Below are positions 20,301 to 29,230 of a DNA stretch of 64,000 bases, piece by piece. The notes under the pieces are model-generated. The model was not told where the DNA came from and did no database searches. It was given only the letters and a program-made list of their open reading frames with translations. The number at the start of each line of letters is the position of its first letter. Position 1 is the stretch's first letter. Source of the stretch: a virus (lineage: Duplodnaviria > Caudoviricetes); the IMG/VR virus record IMGVR_UViG_3300026101_000001, positions 1 through 64,000 of that record, one strand, 5' to 3'. The translations under genes were made by a program, and so were the position numbers.

Positions 20301-22667
20301 ACGAGCGGCGAATCCTGCCGCGGTACCTAATCCCCTACCCGTGGCAACCTTAGCAAGCCTAGAGATTGTGCTACCTTTACCTTTTCCTCCGGTTAGCATA
20401 TCCACGCCGCCAAGTAACCCCGCGCCCAGACGAAGAACGCTCCTTGTGGCCAGCACGCCACCTAGTATGGAGGCCGGTACTGCTAAAGCGCTTAGAATGG
20501 GGCCGAGGTCTCTTACCACTGAAAGAAAGTCAGCGGTCTTTTCAGTAAGCTTGGTAATGGTGTCTAGTAGTGGCTCCATTGACTCATAGACAATCGATTT
20601 ACTGATTGAGCCCAAACGGTCTAACTGGTTAGCTAAGGCTTCCATCTGCGTGTCGTTCGCACGGGCCGCAGAACCACCAATACGCATTTGTTCGCTTAGG
20701 TCTTCCGCTACGCTAATGTTATTTGCAAAAGCTCCGTATGCAGAGGCCGCACGCACTTCCATACTTTCCATAGCATCACGGACAGTAAAGCCACTCTCGG
20801 CCAGCGTTTTCATTACCGGTATCAAACCGTGAGTCGTAATATCTAGGTCAGACATTGAGAGCCCGAGGTTGTGTACAATCTCGGTAAAAGACTCTGACGG
20901 TTTCTGCAGGGATATAATAATTTGTCGAAGGCCAGTACCGAGTGTAGAACCCGCTCGGATACCAGAGTTAGCCATTGCGCCAAGTGCGGAGACCGTTTCT
21001 TCAAACGTCACATTAGACTGGGCCGCTAAGTTACCCGAGTACTGAAGACCTAAAGCGAGTTTATCGAGGTTCAATTTGGAGCTGTTCACAGCCGTAGTCA
21101 TTTTGTCTACGATGTTGATCATCTGCGAACTGTCTTTATTAAATACCCCTAATGTTGATGTGGCTAGGTCAACGGCACTTTTTAAGTCCGAACCTACCGC
21201 GGTAGCAAAGAGCGTAACGCCCTCTATCGCATTTTGGATATCATTTTGACCTAAGCCAGCCTGACCAAGAGTTATGGCCGCATCTGCGACGTCCGTGGCT
21301 GTAAACTTAGTTTTCTCCGAAACATCAATAAGGTTTTTAGACAGTTCTTCCATTTCCTCATTAGTGAGGTTCACAATGGATTGAAGTTGTTTAAACTGTC
21401 TATCTAACTCTGTTGAGAAAGTCGCGGACGTTGCAAGGCCACCAACACCTGCGCCCATCACCGCGTAGTTACGAAGCAACTGCCCTTGGTTTCTGAATAG
21501 CTGGGCTCCGCCATCTAAGCGCTGATTGGTTTGCGATTGTCTAATCTGTTCAATACGACGAGCTACACGTTGTTGTTCGGTTACTTGTGTCGAAGGTCGC
21601 TGGGCTTTTTGTGCTGCTTTTTCAGCACGCTTGGCCTCGGCCGCAGCATCAGCGAATTCTTTTAATCGTGCTTTGGCAAGCTTGGTTGATTCTTCAAGTT
21701 CTCTTAGCGCTTTACCCGCGTTATTCTCTAGCGTTTTATTTCTCGTCTCCGGCGCGAGACTGGACTTCAGCGCTTTACGGGCGGCATTCTCGTAAACCTT
21801 ATTCCGAGCAATAGCGTCCTCTAGTTGAGTTCTGTTCAACGTAGAGATTTGAGACGCTTTAACCTTCTGCCCTTTAGCTACGGTAGGGTTTAATCGAAAC
21901 TCATCATCATTGTAGGATTTAAGCGTTCGTCTTACAGTTCGAGCTTGTGTGTCTTGCGCTACTTCTGCTTTTTTAGAAGCCTCGGTAAATTTCTTTAGTC
22001 TTTCTTCCGCAGCGACTAAGCCGGACTCAAGCTTCTTAAGCGCATTTTGAGCTTTCTTCTCAAGGCTGGTATCACCTAACCGAATCGCATCGTTAAGCGC
22101 ACTTTGTGCTCCACTACGTAAAAGCTTTTGCCTTTGAATCCCTGTGCGCAATTCACTTTCATTTAACGTGTTTACTCGAGACTTATAGAGCTGGCTTCCT
22201 TTTGGAACAGTAGGGTTCTTACGAAATTGAAGGTCGTAATAGTCAGCAAGATCCTTTGCTTGTTTCTTGGCTTGCGCTTGGGCCTGTTTAGTGAATCGGC
22301 CTGTAATTTCCCCAAAGGCTTGATTAAGCCCTTTCACTAATTGCTGTTGCTGTTGAGGGTTGAGTCCCTTACCAAGGGTTAAGGCAATTTGATCTAGTAA
22401 CGCACGCGCATTCTTTTGGTTCTCACTTAAGATTTTGCGCTGGGTGTTAACTTCATTCTTAGCGTTCTGGGCGAGTTCAGAGCGCCCCTGTGGGGTGTCT
22501 TTAATAGCCTTAATGTTGGCTTGAAGCTGTTGACTCGCGGCTTGTGTGACCCGCTCTAGCTTTTCAAACTCGCGAGTTAGTTCCTCGATTACCTTTTTGG
22601 ATTTAGGATCGACGGTAAAATTAAGTAAGGTATTTCTAATTGTATTGGATGCAGTGCTGCCGGCCAT
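17349..22667 (-). CDS. Tape measure protein
   Basis: 1773 aa helical protein; TP901-type core (TKFTATDVADAAITLGQAG, GIRAGSTLGTGLR); C-terminal TGG/SRGEFVL. Confidence 0.92.
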   Translation of the reverse strand: MAGSTASNTIRNTLLNFTVDPKSKKVIEELTREFEKLERVTQAASQQLQANIKAIKDTPQGRSELAQNAKNEVNTQRKILSENQKNARALLDQIALTLGKGLNPQQQQQLVKGLNQAFGEITGRFTKQAQAQAKKQAKDLADYYDLQFRKNPTVPKGSQLYKSRVNTLNESELRTGIQRQKLLRSGAQSALNDAIRLGDTSLEKKAQNALKKLESGLVAAEERLKKFTEASKKAEVAQDTQARTVRRTLKSYNDDEFRLNPTVAKGQKVKASQISTLNRTQLEDAIARNKVYENAARKALKSSLAPETRNKTLENNAGKALRELEESTKLAKARLKEFADAAAEAKRAEKAAQKAQRPSTQVTEQQRVARRIEQIRQSQTNQRLDGGAQLFRNQGQLLRNYAVMGAGVGGLATSATFSTELDRQFKQLQSIVNLTNEEMEELSKNLIDVSEKTKFTATDVADAAITLGQAGLGQNDIQNAIEGVTLFATAVGSDLKSAVDLATSTLGVFNKDSSQMINIVDKMTTAVNSSKLNLDKLALGLQYSGNLAAQSNVTFEETVSALGAMANSGIRAGSTLGTGLRQIIISLQKPSESFTEIVHNLGLSMSDLDITTHGLIPVMKTLAESGFTVRDAMESMEVRAASAYGAFANNISVAEDLSEQMRIGGSAARANDTQMEALANQLDRLGSISKSIVYESMEPLLDTITKLTEKTADFLSVVRDLGPILSALAVPASILGGVLATRSVLRLGAGLLGGVDMLTGGKGKGSTISRLAKVATGRGLGTAAGFAARAIPGVGLATAVGTAGVYGYQYLDGRARANDRVDSTQAALNRGTSETKVYEDQLKKVGSAIDTLILKQNDLTNNESLQREIRRLNDEFRQQGLYIDDSIDSYDKLISKMKEFEDTTRDGVGYLQNQNRNNFVDNSEAKLNELFSIGFFDSSERRLLAQEKGTDVSVGSGKTATQRGRFASRGNVYRSLIDTALPNFGDDLASINELIRNINPQEAGAYGRAQEARTQTQALQSQLFNILNQSPQELDSLMKQFGLSGDARDKAEEYINNLAQEMLNRANTLLEVENNQKQYDSLDPSIKEEERKIAQVVIKNRRELLNDIAETSEEINALTEKNKDYETSDYLGTFKDINTLVRDQIKALLEDEKEAIAELEAQGVSNPRLVLQEQGYYQAAGEARGKLERSLQSAAKDARPDANLYYPARLAELDKELDVLRDQLRQVTDRETSDEIKTKLQELNLERERVANEQDTLFAAIDGNSPVSVAQRDRELNARVTLGNQEFDTIQAKTFARSRLERSIGEQQDLDVRDFKLLGDDDELSRLLTDVIGTEQGEINNALAKARQEAEKLRTQAEDTRYEAQRYIDISNNEGYTDETRERAAGIANDIESQAVQLEKEAIALEEQAVRQAKEALMDFANYLQETIVDNPALTDGRSKAKTRKSIEGLEGQNISLDSNLEDLSQASKEADRGLREFRDQMGDTVRKINQSIYESDQFRQTQAAIYGTQYSPLGEQGVDETYGGRGGKGVASQFANAGSYIVDEVNSSYENFDGLTQMTLEATEAAKGLGDAFGATFADILTGAQDAEGAFRALGASVLTEMANIATRALANQLISSLFSGLGLMTGGMGGMGGVFGGGMFTGGPVIAGSYKTGGLITSGMSTRDSTYAKVSRGEFVLRKAAVDALGLETVKALNSADPSSVSDKEMMSSNAAKATSTTSNEDSGTVNVYVVSEKQLPPLGPNDVKAIIGDDIAREGELASLIAQVNMRTR

Positions 22668-22686
22668 CGTCAATTTCCCCTAATTG

Positions 22687-23058
22687 TTACCCAAAAACGG
22701 CTCTTGCTCGGGCCTCAGCTTCTATTTCATCTTTTGGTACCGTGCTCGTAGTTTTACGTCTGGGCTTGCCTGAACCACTTTCTTTTTTACCGAAGATAGT
22801 CCCTGCGGCATTCAATAACGTCACATACTCTTGGGTCATTGTGACAGTCTTTAAGCCAAGTGTTAGCTTGGTTTTAACTTTGATATCTTGGTTACTATGC
22901 GACCAAAATATCTTCTGTAGCTGGCTGGGTACCGTTTCGAAAACAAAACACAACTGCTCTTCAAACGACAGTTTTAGGTACCAAGAATTGAAGACCTCTA
23001 AGTGGTCTGCTTCTTCTTCATTCGTTGCTTGGCTCTTTGTAGAGCCTTCATAAAAAAA
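22687..23058 (-). CDS. Tail assembly chaperone frameshift extension (GT-like), reached by -1 frameshift at T TTT TTT
   Basis: -1 frame from 23052-23058 (TAT GAA GGC...) is open into ORF 22687-22953. Confidence 0.75.
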   Translation of the reverse strand, partial: FFYEGSTKSQATNEEEADHLEVFNSWYLKLSFEEQLCFVFETVPSQLQKIFWSHSNQDIKVKTKLTLGLKTVTMTQEYVTLLNAAGTIFGKKESGSGKPRRKTTSTVPKDEIEAEARARAVFG

Positions 23059-23345
23059 GTCTCAACGTGCTCCGATACCCATTCAAGCAAGTCCAGTATT
23101 TGGTCTGGGTCTGCCTTCATTGTATTAATATCGAAATTCTTGGTTATTCGGCCCGTCTCATTTCTTTCAGATAGGAGTTCAGTAATTACACTCGCTCGAA
23201 CGTCGGAATTTAAGAGGATTTGTTCGAGTTCTTCCGCATTTCTAAAGTACCCTGTGATGGTATTGAGTAGCGCAAAACTCATGAAAACTTCTTTATCTTC
23301 GCCGTTAACGCTGATGTTAAAGGTTACAGAAGGGTTATCACTCAT
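22998..23345 (-). CDS. Tail assembly chaperone (G-like)
   Basis: Between major tail and tape measure genes; slippery heptamer near 3' end. Confidence 0.75.
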   Translation of the reverse strand: MSDNPSVTFNISVNGEDKEVFMSFALLNTITGYFRNAEELEQILLNSDVRASVITELLSERNETGRITKNFDINTMKADPDQILDLLEWVSEHVETFFMKALQRAKQRMKKKQTT

Positions 23346-23358
23346 CGTCAATTTCCTT

Positions 23359-23382
23359 AAAAAAGGCCTCCGAAGAGGCCTT
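23359..23382 (-). terminator. Intrinsic terminator after major tail gene
   Basis: AAGGCCTC-TTCG-GAGGCCTT followed by TTTT on minus strand. Confidence 0.75.
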
Positions 23383-23407
23383 CTAAACAGTTTTTAAACC
23401 CAGGGTT

Positions 23408-24238
23408 TTACGACAATACGCTTTCTACTGAGTCATGAAACAACTTACCAGAGGTACCTTTGAAAGGTGCATAGTAAGTATCGGAAGGTGTAACTTTAAG
23501 TGGCGTAAACTCAAATGGTGTATTACCGAAGTTGTCGGTACCAAATGCCATAGTAAGACCTGAAGAAACACGCATCTTAGGAATAAGAAGTGTGATCCAC
23601 TTACCGTTAGCTAGCTGGCCTTGAACCTTAGCGGCAAAGTCTCGGTCAACATCCGTTGAGCCCACATCAAGTACCGTTACTAGAGATACGTATGCGCCAG
23701 CCGGAACTTCCCAAGCCATAGTGCTGTCAGGTACTGACACTTCGATAGTAGCGGTTGCTGCTGTACCCTCTGTAAGCCCTGAAACATTTGTTACGGTACC
23801 TAAAACAATATTTTCTGAGATAGGGTCGCGAACACTAACCCAGCTACCTACCTCAATATCCTGTCCTGTACCATCATTGAGTTCTAGAGATACCGCACCT
23901 GATGAGAAAGAAGCTGCAGTCTTAACTACGTGAGCATCACCTTCAGGAGATACCAACTCCCCACCGTCTAGACCCAACGCGTAAGCGAGGTTCTTTTCGG
24001 TGTATTCGTACATTTCGAATGTGCCTCGAGTCGTGGCACCAGTTGTTAGTGTGAAAACAACATCGTTAGTTCGGCCTTGGGTAAGGTCAGAACGTTCCTT
24101 GGTTGCTTCTACTGTGAAATTCTTAACTAGGCCCACAGAGTGTTCTTCTGGGTTTAGTTTATAGAGGTCTTCTGGGTTACCAATCATTACAGTGGCAGTA
24201 CCCAACATAAAATCAGTTGTTTTAGCTTCACCAGCCAT
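23408..24238 (-). CDS. Major tail tube protein
   Basis: FMLGTATVMIG, GLVKNFTV, FGNTPFEFTP; upstream of chaperones. Confidence 0.75.
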   Translation of the reverse strand: MAGEAKTTDFMLGTATVMIGNPEDLYKLNPEEHSVGLVKNFTVEATKERSDLTQGRTNDVVFTLTTGATTRGTFEMYEYTEKNLAYALGLDGGELVSPEGDAHVVKTAASFSSGAVSLELNDGTGQDIEVGSWVSVRDPISENIVLGTVTNVSGLTEGTAATATIEVSVPDSTMAWEVPAGAYVSLVTVLDVGSTDVDRDFAAKVQGQLANGKWITLLIPKMRVSSGLTMAFGTDNFGNTPFEFTPLKVTPSDTYYAPFKGTSGKLFHDSVESVLS

Positions 24239-24293
24239 CGTCAATCTCCAAATTTTAGGTTATTATTGATACCTTGCTGAAGGAGGATGAAAC

Positions 24294-24635
24294 ATGGCAA
24301 AACTTACACCAATTTCAATCATCACACCCACGAACATTTTTGTGACCGCAGCCAGAGCACCTATTGAAGGTGAATCGGATGCGGACAAGTTGCGCGTCTT
24401 ATTAGACCACTTTTTACACAATAACTTAAGTCCAATCGATATGCGTGTTGTTCCTAAGTCGGCATCATCAAAAAGCTTTACCTTAAGACTACCCAAAAAA
24501 GTTTTGAATCGTCTTGATCAGTACTGCCAACGAACACTATACACCCGTCAACAAGCTTTTCAAATCGCTGTTTGCGCCAGCTTGAAGGACTTAGGACTTA
24601 CTCATTTTGTCGATTCATCTAAAGCTGAGGCCTGA
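24294..24635 (+). CDS. Ribbon-helix-helix-like DNA-binding protein, antisense within the late operon
   Basis: AGGAGG RBS at 24281; SFTLRLPKKVLNRLDQYCQRTLYTRQQAFQIAV RHH pattern. Confidence 0.6.
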   Translation: MAKLTPISIITPTNIFVTAARAPIEGESDADKLRVLLDHFLHNNLSPIDMRVVPKSASSKSFTLRLPKKVLNRLDQYCQRTLYTRQQAFQIAVCASLKDLGLTHFVDSSKAEA

Positions 24636-25060
24636 AAAATTATCGACTGAATAACCCGAGAGTTTTTTCCGTCCTGAACAGGAAGAATTTGGGTCATATT
24701 CATACACGTAATATTTCCCCTTCTAGCCCCTGTAGTTTCATCAAAAAGCGTAAAGGCTTTCGTTGGCCTTAAACACTCAAAAATATGATCTACGACTTTG
24801 GTTAGTCGCATATTGTTAGTGTCAGATACCGTGCTAATTGTTACTGCCGCAGAAAGCGTGTCTAGCGGAATATCGTCCGTGCCCGACTGTACTGCTAAAT
24901 CCTCAATACCAATAAAGTCCCCTTCCGGTAACTCATCTTCATTGGAAAAGGCATCGAGGTTGAGGCTCTTAAATTCAGTTCCGACAAGCGCACGCAATAG
25001 CTTTGCATTATCACTGCAGAAGCGAAGTAGAGAGGCTTGGATATTTATATACTGGGCCAT
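24602..25060 (-). CDS. Putative tail terminator/completion protein
   Basis: 152 aa; synteny upstream of major tail gene. Confidence 0.5.
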   Translation of the reverse strand: MAQYINIQASLLRFCSDNAKLLRALVGTEFKSLNLDAFSNEDELPEGDFIGIEDLAVQSGTDDIPLDTLSAAVTISTVSDTNNMRLTKVVDHIFECLRPTKAFTLFDETTGARRGNITCMNMTQILPVQDGKNSRVIQSIIFQASALDESTK

Positions 25061-25969
25061 CTAAAGGACACCTTCTCGTTGTAGGTAAGCGGTTAAAGAG
25101 TTTTTTCCTGTGCTAGAAAGTAAGGCGCCAAAGTAAGGTAACAAAATAGCGTGCTTGTACTTATGCAAATGACCTATCTTGTTTCGTTCCTTTTGGTCAA
25201 TTAAGCCTAACGTTTCAAGTATATCGGCCAGTTCATCAAAGTCCGATTTAGCACCTAAAAAGCTGTTGAGTTTAGCTAAGTAACTGATATTGATCCCTGC
25301 CGTGACCAGCCCTTGAGCCAGAGCCCTTTGAGTAGAAACATGACCCCTAACACCTTCAACCGTTACACGGCCATTACCAACTATTTTTACACCTTGAGTG
25401 GGTTGGATTGCCCCTTGTCTTAGGTAATGATTAACTGCGGGTATAACGGCATCTTTCCACGCTACATATTCTTTTGTCCTCGGGTTGTATGGTTTCCCGT
25501 TCCAACCAGAAACTCTAAGCCCAGGCCTTAAAGCACCCTTCCCTTTAATCACAGGAGACAACGAAAGCCCCCCAAGTCCCGTATAAAGCTTTGCACCAAC
25601 ATCATTATTGCTGCCTAATCGTCTTAGCAACTGAACTAGAGAAGTCTTACCTTTTTTCTCACTGAGCCCCCTGAACAACATCGGCTCTTGAGTTAAAGGC
25701 TTTTTACCTAAGCCTATATTTTTGCGAATTTGCCATCGTGAGGTTATTCGTTTACTCGTTCCTTCATAGCCAAAAGCATTCGGCGCGTAGCCAATTACCT
25801 CCGCCTCCTTCGACATAGCGCTTATCATTGCAGCTAGCGAAGTGAAAACATTATTCAGAAAAGCAACGGTGGCCGACTCTATTTCACTTCGAACAAAAGC
25901 GGTTTCCCCTTCTGTTAAACCTGTAACTAGAGCTTCGAACTGGGCTTGAAAATCAGCGGTAACCGACAC
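25061..25969 (-). CDS. Putative neck/tail completion protein
   Basis: 302 aa basic protein in head-tail joining block. Confidence 0.45.
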   Translation of the reverse strand: MSVTADFQAQFEALVTGLTEGETAFVRSEIESATVAFLNNVFTSLAAMISAMSKEAEVIGYAPNAFGYEGTSKRITSRWQIRKNIGLGKKPLTQEPMLFRGLSEKKGKTSLVQLLRRLGSNNDVGAKLYTGLGGLSLSPVIKGKGALRPGLRVSGWNGKPYNPRTKEYVAWKDAVIPAVNHYLRQGAIQPTQGVKIVGNGRVTVEGVRGHVSTQRALAQGLVTAGINISYLAKLNSFLGAKSDFDELADILETLGLIDQKERNKIGHLHKYKHAILLPYFGALLSSTGKNSLTAYLQREGVL

Positions 25970-25972
25970 GGC

Positions 25973-26455
25973 CTACACCTCTACGCGGTAAATTCCTGAA
26001 ACAGGTATAACCTTAGTTACGCTTCGGCCATTTATCTTGGCATCCTTGGGGATTTTAGAGCCAAAGTAAAAGACCTCCTGTGAGACCGTAAGACCTTTTA
26101 CCTCAGCGGGGGTTTCAATTTCCTGTACACAAGAAAGGGTTTCACTTTCAGTACTAAAGCCATTGGTCTCCAACCCCGTTACAGGATGGCGGACGCGAAT
26201 AGAATAGATAACATCAACCTCAGCGTTAATAGCCAACCCGAGGAAAACGTTATTTAGGCCGTAAGCATGGTGTTCGGCCAGTAGGAAGGCTGTGTGTTCA
26301 TTCTTGCGAATAATGTCCCCTGCTTTAACCCTGAAGCGCTTTGGTATATGCACCAAAGCCCTAACGGGTACCAGACTTCTAAAACTCTCATTCGGTTGCG
26401 TAGTACGTGCAACCAAATTAAGATTCCCCGAAGTATATCGGGTGAAGATATTCAT
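25973..26455 (-). CDS. Putative head closure protein
   Basis: 160 aa; synteny. Confidence 0.45.
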   Translation of the reverse strand: MNIFTRYTSGNLNLVARTTQPNESFRSLVPVRALVHIPKRFRVKAGDIIRKNEHTAFLLAEHHAYGLNNVFLGLAINAEVDVIYSIRVRHPVTGLETNGFSTESETLSCVQEIETPAEVKGLTVSQEVFYFGSKIPKDAKINGRSVTKVIPVSGIYRVEV

Positions 26456-27138
26456 GCGTCCTCACCCGTGAATGGGTCTGTTCGGCTCACAAACTCAAGT
26501 AGTGGAGATTGAGGGAATTCAGCTACGGACTCAAACGTTAATTTGTGAGCCCAGTACTGAGAGGTAATAGAGTCCTGCACGGATTTTATATCGATATTTG
26601 ATAGTCGAGACTTCTTAGTGTCGTCAATTTCATTAGACTTTAGAGTTTTCAGTCCTAACGCAGGGAGGTGGCGCACAGCTTCATGTAGCAAAATTAACTT
26701 GTTGATACGAGCGTTTGTATCCTCAAGTAGGCCTTGGCCAAGTTCATTTACTAGCTCATTGAACGAGTAAATAAAATCAATCTCACTATCAGGGAGTTCT
26801 TCTTCGTATAGCCCGATAAGGGTTCTTAGATTCGAAGGTGTGGATGTAAACATAAAATCCATATGAACCCGAACAATATCCGTATAGATACGTTGGCGAT
26901 TTTCGCTCGTGAACTTAACCGTCAACTTAAAAAAGCTCAAGATATCACTGCTGCTGACTTTCAGGATATCTTGAGGGATGCTGTAATCAGCATCAAAAGG
27001 TACATCCACCGAATGTACCTCAACGCCCTCTTGGTCCTTGAGGGAGACACTTACGGTCCCAAAGTCCGGCAAATAGGTGTAGTCACCTATTTGAAACTCG
27101 GTCAGCATTAACATTTCGTTATTTGGGACGCTTAACAT
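26452..27138 (-). CDS. Putative head-tail adaptor
   Basis: 228 aa; LRTLIGLYEEELPDSEI adaptor-like segment; synteny. Confidence 0.5.
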   Translation of the reverse strand: MLSVPNNEMLMLTEFQIGDYTYLPDFGTVSVSLKDQEGVEVHSVDVPFDADYSIPQDILKVSSSDILSFFKLTVKFTSENRQRIYTDIVRVHMDFMFTSTPSNLRTLIGLYEEELPDSEIDFIYSFNELVNELGQGLLEDTNARINKLILLHEAVRHLPALGLKTLKSNEIDDTKKSRLSNIDIKSVQDSITSQYWAHKLTFESVAEFPQSPLLEFVSRTDPFTGEDA

Positions 27139-27147
27139 GGTTGTTCC

Positions 27148-27531
27148 TTAAGACTTCGCTTTAGTCGTGCGAGTCGTGGTTTTCTTAGGGGTTGGTGCTG
27201 GTTCTGGTGAGTCGTCCTTATCACCTTCGCCAGAGTCTTCCTTATCACCTTCGCCAGAGTCGTCCTTGCTCTCTTCAACACCTTCAAGGCTCAGCTTGAA
27301 ATTTTCCAGTGCGGTTTCCCAGTCACCATCATGATCGTCAAAGAACTTTTTGAACTCTTCATCCGTGGCGTTATCTGGCAAGTCGTTATCCAGCACCTTT
27401 ACTTGCTGCTGGGAAACAAACTGGTCCACTTCCGTGCAATGGCCTATTACCGAAGGGCGGAACGCTTCAATAATTCCGAAACGGGTCATTAGCATAAAAT
27501 TTTTAGTGGTTTTAGCTAAGATCATTTTCAT
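27148..27531 (-). CDS. Hypothetical protein with acidic tandem repeat
   Basis: GGAG RBS before ATG 27531; DSGEGDK(E/D) twice. Confidence 0.65.
   Translation of the reverse strand: MKMILAKTTKNFMLMTRFGIIEAFRPSVIGHCTEVDQFVSQQQVKVLDNDLPDNATDEEFKKFFDDHDGDWETALENFKLSLEGVEESKDDSGEGDKEDSGEGDKDDSPEPAPTPKKTTTRTTKAKS
27216..27263. repeat. 24-bp in-frame tandem repeat, two copies
   Basis: CCTTATCACCTTCGCCAGAGTC(T/G)T at 27216 and 27240. Confidence 0.85.
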
Positions 27532-27545
27532 TATTTGATTCTCCA

Positions 27546-27573
27546 AATAGCCCCCTTAATTAAGGGGGCTATT
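27546..27573 (-). terminator. Terminator after major capsid gene
   Basis: Perfect 28-bp palindrome AATAGCCCCCTTAATTAAGGGGGCTATT. Confidence 0.7.
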
Positions 27574-27578
27574 GTTGG

Positions 27579-28784
27579 TTAGGCCGTGGTATCGAAGATT
27601 ACGCGAGTATCACCGTAAACTAGGCGATAACCTGAGTTCTCAGTCTTCACGTAAGTAATCGACTGGTTCTTGATTGCTGTCTCAGACTCAGACAGTACAG
27701 AACCAGCTTCGATAAGTTCTTCCAGCGTGTCGGCCTTTGAATAACAAATCAGCTTACCAGTTGGGGCTGAGCTTGAAATATGGAAGTTAACACCGCTTAA
27801 GAAGTCCATGGCCAGAGCCACGCGAGGACCACCGTTCTCCTGAAGAATTTCAGAAGTAGACTTACCGTTAGGTTGAGTTGGTAAGAACATTAGGAACAGT
27901 TCTAACCACATATCGTAGTTACCTACGATAGTATCAACCGGTACGCCTTTACGCGCACGTTGGGCCAAGAAGTCAGCTAATGCTACGTAGTTACCTTTAA
28001 GACCTTTAGCCGCATCCCAATCTTTATAATTAGAAGCGGGGACCACTTCTGCAGCTTCGTGAACACCATCACCGTTAATCAATAGCGTGGTTGCCATCTT
28101 CACTTTGCTGATTTCTTTGTTACGCGCAATACGGGCCGCGTATGGTGTAAGGATATCTAGGCTCACACGACGTTCGAATTCGTATGAGGTACGAATACCT
28201 GAACCATGCTTGAAGAACTTAACCGACTTATCAGAGCTTTTGATAGTCTGCATCGGAATGTTAGCAAGTTCCGCGATAGGCGAAGTATTTAACTGGCCTT
28301 GGTCGTCAAAAATTGCGGTGGTAATAAGCTCATTACCAGTGATAGTACGTGTCTGTGCCACCATAGGGGCCGTTGATTCGTACATATCTTGGCGCGTATT
28401 CCACTGAAGCATATCATCGATAACTTCTGGGAAAAGTGCGCGAGAGCCTGGGCGTGCACTGAAAGTGTCCGCTGCCGCTTGAAGGGTAATACCTTGCTCA
28501 AACGCGTTTTTGAACGGGAGGTTCAACTCTACGATAGCGGCTTGGTAGCCGGTCATAAAGTTACCGTTATCCAAACGGAAGTTTTTACCAGCCTTTTCAT
28601 CATTCGACGCACGAACGTCAACTGCTAGGTTTAGGTAATCACGAACGTTAATACCGTATTGTTTTGCTGCTTGTACCAGCTTTACACCAGCGCGAATTGA
28701 ATCGTCGCTGTGTTCGCTATCGATACCCGCAAGAACGTCTTTAAGCGGGGCGCGTTTAATCTGACTAAGATTTGCTGCTTGCAT
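27579..28784 (-). CDS. Major capsid protein
   Basis: ~400 aa after decoration and protease genes; KFFKHGSGIRTSYEF..RVSLD; followed by terminator. Confidence 0.8.
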   Translation of the reverse strand: MQAANLSQIKRAPLKDVLAGIDSEHSDDSIRAGVKLVQAAKQYGINVRDYLNLAVDVRASNDEKAGKNFRLDNGNFMTGYQAAIVELNLPFKNAFEQGITLQAAADTFSARPGSRALFPEVIDDMLQWNTRQDMYESTAPMVAQTRTITGNELITTAIFDDQGQLNTSPIAELANIPMQTIKSSDKSVKFFKHGSGIRTSYEFERRVSLDILTPYAARIARNKEISKVKMATTLLINGDGVHEAAEVVPASNYKDWDAAKGLKGNYVALADFLAQRARKGVPVDTIVGNYDMWLELFLMFLPTQPNGKSTSEILQENGGPRVALAMDFLSGVNFHISSSAPTGKLICYSKADTLEELIEAGSVLSESETAIKNQSITYVKTENSGYRLVYGDTRVIFDTTA

Positions 28785-28826
28785 CGTCAATCTCCAAATT
28801 TTTATTTGTGGTGCGAATCTTCCGAA

Positions 28827-29219
28827 TTAACGGAAGATTACAGATACCAAGTTGTTAGTGGTATCAACGGCGGTAACAACCACGTTGCGACCTAGACCAG
28901 CTCCGGCAGCTTTTACTTTACCGTCACCGTTTGATACTACGTGGCCACCCACTGTCGGAGCTGTACCCGCGTATTCAAACTCGGCACACATATGCCATGA
29001 CACAGCACCCATTTTTACGCCTTCAACTTCACGGTTTTCATAAGACTCTAGGTAACCTAGAATCTCATCATCTGCAGCACCAAAGCCCACCGTAAAATCT
29101 CCGGTTACCGAAACCGGTTTACCAACGTCCGCAAAACCCGTGATTGATGCATCTAGATAGAATGATGCTGCCGCGGATTCAGTGCGGATACCCTTATGTT
29201 GTAAATCGCCAATTTGCAT
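28827..29219 (-). CDS. Capsid decoration/cement protein
   Basis: 130 aa; GKPVSVTGDFTVGFGAADDEILG, VVSNGDGKVKA; between protease and capsid genes. Confidence 0.6.
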   Translation of the reverse strand: MQIGDLQHKGIRTESAAASFYLDASITGFADVGKPVSVTGDFTVGFGAADDEILGYLESYENREVEGVKMGAVSWHMCAEFEYAGTAPTVGGHVVSNGDGKVKAAGAGLGRNVVVTAVDTTNNLVSVIFR

Positions 29220-29230
29220 GACTCTTCCCC

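Noticed and set aside
27546-27573. Protelomerase or recombination site from the perfect 28-bp palindrome
   Set aside because: Its position directly after the capsid stop codon fits a terminator; no protelomerase gene seen.
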